This document shows positions 26,280 to 32,000 of a stretch of 32,000 nt of DNA, piece by piece (positions within the stretch are counted from its first letter, which is position 1; each line of letters starts with the position of its first letter). A program made the position numbers and the translations under genes. The notes below the pieces were generated by a model. That model did not search any database. It was not told the origin of the DNA and saw only the letters and a list, made by a program, of their open reading frames with translations. The DNA lies in the NCBI GenBank assembly GCA_041649575.1, contig JBAZMW010000003.1, positions 120,001 to 152,000 of the forward strand, written 5' to 3'. Source of the DNA: Patescibacteria group bacterium. GTDB taxonomy: Bacteria > Patescibacteriota > Patescibacteriia > 2-01-FULL-39-33.

Positions 26280-26935
26280 AGAACGAGTGTAGAAGGAGGA
26301 TGCTCGCCGAAGCGAGAGTCAGCCACCAGCTGGGGTCGACTATTGGTGGGTGTTCCATCCTCCAACCAGTAACGGATCCCGGCAGTTTTCCCGGAAATCC
26401 TGCCCCAAACAAAGATGCGGCAAGGGAGGAGCGTCGTGGGGTTGCCCGTGGGTGGCTTCACGGGGACCGCCAGGAGCACACCTCCCTTGCCCGACCCGAC
26501 CGATGATGTCCTCAGCGAGAGTGAGATCCTGCTACCCGACAGGGGGAGGGCGGCAGAAACAATCATCCGATCGGTGGAACTGGCCAGGGCAAACAGTATT
26601 TCCGTTCGTGGAGAGCGCGCTGGGTGCTCTACTGATACGGAGAATGTTGCCCTGTTAATGGCTTTAAAGGAGGACGGAGCTGGGCTTGGGCGGCCCAGTA
26701 AGGCTACTACCGACATTGGGTGAAACCAGCTGGTCATTGGCGCCGGTAAACCTCTCCGTCCACAAGAACACTGATAACGGCCACAATTCTGTCCACTAGT
26801 ATATGGCTCCATCCATAAGGATAGAAACATAATTTGCGATGAACAACTGTTAGGAGGGAAACAGCTATCCACCAACTAGCAGACAGAATTATGGCCGTTA
26901 ATGATTATCAAAGAACTTTACAGGATTCAGACAAT
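26280..26935 (-). ncRNA. Large GC-rich, helix-dense non-coding RNA candidate of unknown family, upstream of and co-oriented with the tRNA cluster
   Basis: There is a sharp composition shift: 41/60 G+C in 26461..26520 versus 10/60 in 26941..27000. Overlapping ORFs are open on both strands, which is typical of structured RNA in an AT-rich genome. There are many perfect helices: 26295-26302/26356-26363, 26303-26307/26312-26316, 26323-26328/26344-26349, 26420-26429/26481-26490, 26445-26450/26459-26464, 26585-26592/26647-26654, 26672-26679/26754-26761 and 26775-26793/26882-26900. The strand call is tentative. Confidence 0.5.
26775..26900. repeat. 19-bp inverted repeat forming a long-stem hairpin within the ncRNA candidate
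   Basis: taacggccacaattctgtc (26775..26793) pairs with gacagaattatggccgtta (26882..26900), with one non-Watson-Crick position. The stem is extended by CTAG/CTAG after a 2x2 internal loop. Confidence 0.8.
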
Positions 26936-26940
26936 ATTTT

Positions 26941-26968
26941 ATTTTATCATCTTAAATAAAAAAGTCAA
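26941..26968 (-). promoter_or_regulatory. Candidate strong sigma70-type promoter driving the ncRNA-tRNA unit
   Basis: The minus strand reads TTGACT (26968..26963), a 16-nt spacer, then TGaTAAAAT (extended -10; hexamer at 26946..26941). The predicted start is near 26934, just upstream of the GC-rich segment. Confidence 0.45.
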
Positions 26969-27017
26969 GGGTATAAAATAAATGATTATTTTTTTAGCTA
27001 AATTTAAATAAAAAATT

Positions 27018-28130
27018 GTGAGTGATAATAAACACGAAAAAGATCGAGAGTTAAAATACTGGCTGGCGCTAGCTCAAATCAAAAAAATCGGTCCGGTAAG
27101 CTTTAAAAAAATAATCGATTATTTTGCCTTAGGAGAAAACGCCTGGCGAGCCAATCTGGCAGACTTGTTGACGGCTGGTTTGGATAAAAAGCTGGCTGAA
27201 GAAGTTGTTGTTGAAAGGAGCCAAATCAATCCCGATGCCGTCTGGGAAAAAGTCAGCCAAAGCGGAGTCGGTTTTATTTTTATCCAAGACAAAAATTATC
27301 CGCAACTCTTAAAAGAAATATACAATCCGCCGGCACTGTTGTTTTTCCGCGGCTCGCCGGAAGCCATAAATAATTTTTGCTTGGCGGTGGTAGGCACGCG
27401 GAAATATTCGCCTTACGGCCAACAAGCTACCGAAGAAATCGCCGGCCAACTGGCCAGAGAACACCTGACAATAGTTTCCGGTTTGGCTTTGGGCATCGAC
27501 GCCCTGGCCCATGAGGCGGCGCTAAAGAATAACGGCCTGACCGTGGCGGTTCTGGGAGCGGCGGTGGAAGAAAAAAGTATCTACCCGGCAGAAAACAGAC
27601 GACTAGCCGAAAGAATTGTCGCTAGTGGCGGCGCTCTGATCTCCGAGTACCCGCCCGGCACCCAACCGGCTAAATTCACTTTTCCTATGCGCAACCGGAT
27701 AATCTCCGGCTTGTCCAGAGGTGTGGTGGTGGTGGAAGCGCCGGAAAACTCCGGGGCGCTGATTACCGCCAAATACGCCTTGGAACAAAACCGTGAAGTT
27801 TTTGCCATACCGGGCAGTATTTATAGTAATAATTCTCAAGGCACCAATAATCTGATAAAGCTCGGCGCTAAAATGGTCACCCGGGCCGACGATGTTTTAG
27901 AAGAACTAAACTTGCAACAAGTGGCCAGATTTATGGAGAACAAAAAAATCTTGCCAGCCAATTCGGAGGAAGAATTGATTTTGAAAGCCTTGTCCAAAGA
28001 GCCGACCCATGTTGACAAAATCGCCAAAATCAGTAAACTAAAAATTAATGTGCTCTCGGGGCTGCTGACACTAATGGAAATGAAAGGATCGATCAAAGAC
28101 CTGGGAGGAAAAAATTATATTTTAAGATAA
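27018..28130 (+). CDS. dprA: DNA processing protein DprA/Smf
   Basis: GTG start. Motifs are LAVVGTRKYSPYG, IVSGLALGIDALAHEAAL, GTVAVLG..., FPMRNRIISGLSRGVVVVEA and NSGALITAKYALEQNREVFAIPGSI. It lies upstream of topA, a common synteny. Confidence 0.92.
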   Translation: MSDNKHEKDRELKYWLALAQIKKIGPVSFKKIIDYFALGENAWRANLADLLTAGLDKKLAEEVVVERSQINPDAVWEKVSQSGVGFIFIQDKNYPQLLKEIYNPPALLFFRGSPEAINNFCLAVVGTRKYSPYGQQATEEIAGQLAREHLTIVSGLALGIDALAHEAALKNNGLTVAVLGAAVEEKSIYPAENRRLAERIVASGGALISEYPPGTQPAKFTFPMRNRIISGLSRGVVVVEAPENSGALITAKYALEQNREVFAIPGSIYSNNSQGTNNLIKLGAKMVTRADDVLEELNLQQVARFMENKKILPANSEEELILKALSKEPTHVDKIAKISKLKINVLSGLLTLMEMKGSIKDLGGKNYILR

Positions 28131-28143
28131 TCCCATCACCATA

Positions 28144-30345
28144 ATGAAAAGCCTGGTAATCGTCGAATCGCCGACTAAAGCCAAAACCATTTCCAAATTT
28201 TTGACCAAAGACTTCCAAATAGAATCGTCTTTTGGCCATGTTCGTGATTTGCCGGAAAAAGAATTGGGGGTGGAAGTAAAAAATAATTTTGAACCTAAAT
28301 ACGTGATTTCCCCGCGCGCCAAAAAAAGAGTGACCGAATTAAAAAATTTGGCGGAAAAAGCCGATTTGATTTATTTTGCTACTGACGAAGATCGCGAAGG
28401 CGAGGCCATTTCTTGGCATTTGGCGCAGATCTTTAAAACACCGACCGATCAGGTAAAACGCATCACCTTTCACGAAATTACCGAGGAAGCAGTCAAAGAA
28501 AGCCTGAAACATCCCCGAACCATCGACCTTAATCTGGTCGACGCTCAACAAGCCCGACGCGTCCTTGACCGCTTGGTAGGTTATGAGCTTTCGCCTTTCT
28601 TATGGAAAAAAGTGGCCAAAGGGCTATCGGCCGGCCGCGTTCAGTCGGTAGCCGTCCGTCTGGTGGTAGAAAGAGAAAGAGAAATTAAAAACTTTAAAAT
28701 TCAGGAATACTGGGAAATTTTTGGAGAATTTAAAACCCTTAAAGCGCCGGACAAACTAAAGGCTAAATTGCAAAAAATTGACGGCCGGGTGCTGGAAAAG
28801 ATGGCCATAACATCGGAAAAACAAGCCGCTGATTTGACCGCCGCCTTAAAGCCGCTCCAATACTACGTGGCCGATAATCAAAAAAAACAAACCAAAAAAA
28901 ATCCCCTGCCACCCTTTACCACCTCCACTTTGCAACAAGAGGCCAATCGTCGACTGGGCTACAGCGCCAAACAAACCATGATGCTGGCCCAACAGCTTTA
29001 CGAGGGAGTGGAAATAACTGGCGAAGCCACCGGACTAATAACCTACATGCGCACCGACTCACTTAACCTGTCGGAAAAATTTCTGCAGGAAGCGGCGCAA
29101 TATCTTGATAAAAATTTAGGAAAAAATTACTTAGAAACCAAAACTTTCAAAACCAAAAGCAAAGGCGCTCAGGAAGCGCACGAGGCAATCCGGCCGACTT
29201 CCGCTTCTAGGTCGCCGGAAGAGATAAAAGCTTCTTTGGATCCAAAACAATTCAAGCTCTACCAGCTTATCTGGCAGAGAGCGCTGGCCAGCCAGATGCC
29301 GCCGGCGATTCTGGAGGCCACGGTCATCGACATCAACAGCCAGAATAATAAATATACTTTCAGGGCGACCGGCCAAACTATAAAATTTGATGGTTTTCTA
29401 AAAATTTATCCCTCGCCGACCAAAGACGAGCTGCTGCCAACCGTCTCTTTAAAGGAAGAGATGTCTTGCTTAAAAATAGAACCGGAACAAAAGTTCACCC
29501 AACCGCCCGCCCGCTATAACGATGCTACGCTGGTTAAAGCGCTGGAAGAAAAAGGCATCGGCCGACCTTCTACCTATGCTCCAACCATCGCCACTATTAT
29601 CGAAAGGGGCTACGTTGAAAGAAACCAAGACAAAAGATTACAACCTAAAGAAATCGCTTTTTTGGTTAATGATATTTTGGTAGAACACTTCAAAGACATC
29701 GTCGACTATGATTTCACGGCCAAAATGGAAACGGATCTGGACGAAATCGCTGAAGGCCAAAAAGAGTGGCAGCCGGTCATTAAAGAATTTTACGAACCCT
29801 TTAAGGAAAATCTGGTTTTAAAAAATCAAGAATTAACCAAAAAAGAATTAACCGAGGAAAGCAGCGACGAGATCTGCGAAAAATGCGGTTCGCCGATGGT
29901 GATAAAATTGGGGCGTTATGGAAAATTTCTGGCCTGCTCCAATTACCCGAAATGCAAAAATACCAAAAAATTAAAGAGTGATGACAAGGCAGCCAAGTCC
30001 GAGCCACAAATCCTGGAAGAAACTTGCCTGGATTGCGGCGCTAAACTAGTCTTGCGCCAAGGACGCTATGGCAGCTTCAAAGGCTGCTCACAATATCCAA
30101 AATGCAAATACATCAAAAAGGAGCAAGCCGAGGATTTAAATCTAACTTGCCCGGCTTGTCATGAAGGGAAAATCGTCGCCAAACGCAGCCGTAAGGGAGT
30201 TTTTTATGCCTGCGACCGCTATCCTGATTGCCAGACCGCCTTCTGGGGCAAACCTAAGGACGAGAAGTGCTCCAGCTGCGGTTGGCCGCTAGTGGACAGT
30301 AAGAATGGAGTTAAGTGTTCCAACAAAGAATGCCAGAACTCTTAA
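28144..30345 (+). CDS. topA: DNA topoisomerase I (type IA) with four C-terminal zinc ribbons
   Basis: Toprim motif LVIVESPTKAKTI and DEDREGE, and the active-site Tyr region ITYMRTDS. The C-terminal ribbons are CEKCGSPM...CSNYPKC, CLDCGAKL...CSQYPKC, CPACHEGK...CDRYPDC and CSSCGWPL...CSNKEC. Confidence 0.95.
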   Translation: MKSLVIVESPTKAKTISKFLTKDFQIESSFGHVRDLPEKELGVEVKNNFEPKYVISPRAKKRVTELKNLAEKADLIYFATDEDREGEAISWHLAQIFKTPTDQVKRITFHEITEEAVKESLKHPRTIDLNLVDAQQARRVLDRLVGYELSPFLWKKVAKGLSAGRVQSVAVRLVVEREREIKNFKIQEYWEIFGEFKTLKAPDKLKAKLQKIDGRVLEKMAITSEKQAADLTAALKPLQYYVADNQKKQTKKNPLPPFTTSTLQQEANRRLGYSAKQTMMLAQQLYEGVEITGEATGLITYMRTDSLNLSEKFLQEAAQYLDKNLGKNYLETKTFKTKSKGAQEAHEAIRPTSASRSPEEIKASLDPKQFKLYQLIWQRALASQMPPAILEATVIDINSQNNKYTFRATGQTIKFDGFLKIYPSPTKDELLPTVSLKEEMSCLKIEPEQKFTQPPARYNDATLVKALEEKGIGRPSTYAPTIATIIERGYVERNQDKRLQPKEIAFLVNDILVEHFKDIVDYDFTAKMETDLDEIAEGQKEWQPVIKEFYEPFKENLVLKNQELTKKELTEESSDEICEKCGSPMVIKLGRYGKFLACSNYPKCKNTKKLKSDDKAAKSEPQILEETCLDCGAKLVLRQGRYGSFKGCSQYPKCKYIKKEQAEDLNLTCPACHEGKIVAKRSRKGVFYACDRYPDCQTAFWGKPKDEKCSSCGWPLVDSKNGVKCSNKECQNS

Positions 30346-30354
30346 GAAGCTTCT

Positions 30355-30381
30355 CCCCCTGCCGATTGGCAGGGGGTTTTT
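30355..30381 (+). terminator. Intrinsic terminator after topA
   Basis: CCCCCUGCC GAUU GGCAGGGGG followed by UUUUU, starting 10 nt after the topA stop. Confidence 0.8.
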
Positions 30382-30432
30382 GCTTAAAAAGAAGGTTTGA
30401 ATTATAATACAAAAACAGAAATTGTATTATTT

Positions 30433-31890
30433 ATGAACCGGGCGGAAAACGAATTTAATCAGTGGCTAGAGACTTTACAAAAGAGCTATTCGCCAAGCGA
30501 ATTAGAATTATTAAGTTTGGCGTATGATTTTGCCCAAGAAGCTCACCGGGGGCAAAAACGCGCTTCCGGAGAAGATTATATTATTCATTGTCTAGCCACA
30601 GCGCAAAAATTAGCTGAAATGAATCTGGATTTGTCTACCATTATCGCCGGTCTGCTTCATGACATACCGGAGGATACCAAGCTGACTCTTCAAGATATCG
30701 AAAAAAATTTCGGAGCCGAGATTGCCAGACTGGTTGAAGGTATTACCAAGCTTGGCAAAATAAAATACCGCGGCCTGGAACGCTACGCGGAAAACCTGCG
30801 CAAAATGTTTGTAGCCATGAGCGATGATATTAGAGTAATCCTGATCAAATTCGCCGACAGATTGCATAATCTGAAAACTCTAGAAGCGCTGGCTCCAGAA
30901 AAACAGCTACGCATTGCCAAGGAAACCCTGGAAATCTACGCGCCGATTGCCGATCGATTGAGCATGGGAAAAATAAAAGGAGAACTGGAGGACTTGGCCT
31001 TTAAGTATGTGTACCCCGATGATTATAATTGGATCAGCCAGACTATCCCCAAAGAATACAAAACCAAAGAAACGCGTCTGCAAGAAGTCAAGGAACGGAC
31101 GAGAAAGAAACTGGCGGAACACGAAATTATTTCTGCAGAAATATCAATACAAGGCCGCACCAAACACCTTTACAGCCTTTATCGCAAACTGCTTAAACCG
31201 CATATCAACAAAGACCTGTCCAAAGTTTACGATTTACTGGCCTTGCGCATTATCGTGCCGACCATTTCCGATTGTTATTCGGCTCTAGGAATAGTCCATA
31301 GTCTTTACAGGCCGCTAGTTGGCAGGATAAAAGATTATATTGCCCAACCCAAGCCCAACGGCTACCGCTCACTACATACCACTGTCTTTACCGCCGATGG
31401 AGAAATTGTTGAGTTTCAAATTCGCACCAAGGAAATGCATGAAGAAGCGGAGTTTGGCGTGGCTGCCCATTGGCGCTATAAAGAAAATGGCGGTAAAATT
31501 AATGTTCAAAACATCAAATGGCTGGAAGAGTTGATTAAGTGGCAAAAACAAATCAAAGACGACGAGCAATTTTTACAAACCGTTAAATTTGACATCTTTC
31601 AAAATCGCATTTTCGTCTTCACGCCCAAAGGCGATGTTATTGATTTACCCGAAGGGGCCACGCCAATTGATTTTGCCTATCACCTGCATTCTTGGCTAGG
31701 TAACAAATGCGTTGGCGCCAGAATTAACGATCAAATGGTCAACCTGGGAGCCACTTTAAAAAGCGGGGACATTGTAGAGATAATTACCGACAAAAATCGT
31801 AAAGGCCCCAGCCCGGATTGGCTGGAAACAGTGAAAACCTCCATGGCCAGAAATAAAATACGCTCAGCTTTGAATAAAATTAAAAACTAA
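30433..31890 (+). CDS. Rel/SpoT-family (p)ppGpp synthetase/hydrolase, short form (HD + synthetase + TGS, no C-terminal ACT region)
   Basis: HD motif HRGQKRASGEDYIIHCLATA...LLHDIPEDT, synthetase region YRSLHTTV...EFQIRTKEMHEEAEFGVAAHWRYK, and TGS region IFVFTPKGDVIDLPEGATPIDFAYHLHS. The ATG at 30433 is preferred over the TTG at 30397. Confidence 0.88.
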   Translation: MNRAENEFNQWLETLQKSYSPSELELLSLAYDFAQEAHRGQKRASGEDYIIHCLATAQKLAEMNLDLSTIIAGLLHDIPEDTKLTLQDIEKNFGAEIARLVEGITKLGKIKYRGLERYAENLRKMFVAMSDDIRVILIKFADRLHNLKTLEALAPEKQLRIAKETLEIYAPIADRLSMGKIKGELEDLAFKYVYPDDYNWISQTIPKEYKTKETRLQEVKERTRKKLAEHEIISAEISIQGRTKHLYSLYRKLLKPHINKDLSKVYDLLALRIIVPTISDCYSALGIVHSLYRPLVGRIKDYIAQPKPNGYRSLHTTVFTADGEIVEFQIRTKEMHEEAEFGVAAHWRYKENGGKINVQNIKWLEELIKWQKQIKDDEQFLQTVKFDIFQNRIFVFTPKGDVIDLPEGATPIDFAYHLHSWLGNKCVGARINDQMVNLGATLKSGDIVEIITDKNRKGPSPDWLETVKTSMARNKIRSALNKIKN

Positions 31891-31893
31891 AAA

Positions 31894-31916
31894 GCCCGCT
31901 GTCGAGGCGGGCTTTT
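31894..31916. terminator. Bidirectional-looking intrinsic terminator between the rel gene and a convergent gene
   Basis: GCCCGC UGUCGAG GCGGGC is flanked by an A-run upstream and UUUU downstream. Confidence 0.65.
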
Positions 31917-31926
31917 AAAAAAGGAG

Positions 31927-32000
31927 TTAAATAATTTTTCCTAAAATATCGCTTAGTTCTTCCTCGGAAAAAAACCGAACTATAATCTGTCCCTGCCCGC
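31927..32000 (-). CDS. C-terminal end of an unidentified convergent gene (partial)
   Basis: The minus-strand frame is open to the window edge and reads ...GQGQIIVRFFSEEELSDILGKII, with the TAA stop at 31929..31927. It is too short to identify. Confidence 0.3.
   Translation of the reverse strand, partial: GQGQIIVRFFSEEELSDILGKII

Noticed and set aside
26183-26875. A 230-aa minus-strand ORF and three overlapping plus-strand ORFs (26300..26506, 26350..26658, 26415..26723) as protein-coding genes
   Set aside because: The 230-aa ORF overlaps a tRNA gene. All the ORFs overlap each other on both strands. The translations are low-information (Pro/Arg/Gly/Ser-rich) with no motifs. Open frames here are explained by the high GC content of a structured RNA region.
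26283-26910. RNase P RNA on the plus strand. Motifs noticed were GGGUGAAA, CGGUAAACC, GAUGAAC.ACUGU and ACAGAAUUAUGGCCGUUA, which is reminiscent of ACAGAA..GGCUUA
   Set aside because: There is no GAGGAAAGUCC-type CR-I element on either strand. The spacing of the motifs does not fit type A or B. The ACAGAA...GGCCGUUA segment is fully consumed by a 19-bp local hairpin rather than P4. At ~620 nt the region is far too long. I left it as a hypothesis to test with Infernal, not as a call.
25825-26935. tmRNA, SRP RNA, 6S RNA or 5S rRNA in the tRNA-flanking regions
   Set aside because: The only T-loop/CCA elements belong to three complete cloverleaf tRNAs. There is no tag-peptide-like reading frame ending in Ala-Ala. 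There is no SRP GGAA/AGCAGC domain IV motif and no 5S CCGAAC...GAGAGUAGG motif. None could be supported by eye.
1-32000. Alternative genetic code (UGA recoding as in some CPR lineages), CRISPR arrays, transposases/integrases, prophage or defence-island signatures
   Set aside because: Conserved genes and a 9.9-kb ORF are intact under the standard code. I saw no spaced direct-repeat arrays, no recombinase-like ORFs and no known defence gene motifs in any frame.

Overview
The window looks like a chromosomal segment of a small-genome, AT-leaning bacterium. It is read in the standard code, since all long conserved ORFs are intact with UGA as stop. The gene content and protein styles fit Candidate Phyla Radiation/Patescibacteria; this is inference, not proven. 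Most of the window is housekeeping. On the minus strand: ftsZ (partial, missed by the ORF track), ftsA, ybeY, yqeY, rpsU, hisS and lepB. On the plus strand: an LCP-family protein, der, pth, dprA, topA and a Rel/SpoT homolog. Two parts stand out. (1) About 15 kb (2611..17654, minus strand) is a tightly packed four-gene block. It encodes a 1077-aa and a 3297-aa cysteine-rich surface protein that share a two-helix, pilin-like N-terminal module. Two single-pass membrane proteins with thrombospondin-type-3 calcium-binding repeats follow. (2) The pth-dprA intergenic region (25825..27017) holds three minus-strand tRNAs. Two are diverged tandem tRNA-Asn(GUU) genes and one has an odd AGC anticodon. They are flanked by a ~650-nt GC-rich, helix-dense non-coding segment and a ~160-nt structured trailer, bracketed by a sigma70-like promoter and a hairpin plus U-run. 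I could not assign this RNA to any known family by eye. No CRISPR array, transposase, integrase or obvious mobile element was seen.
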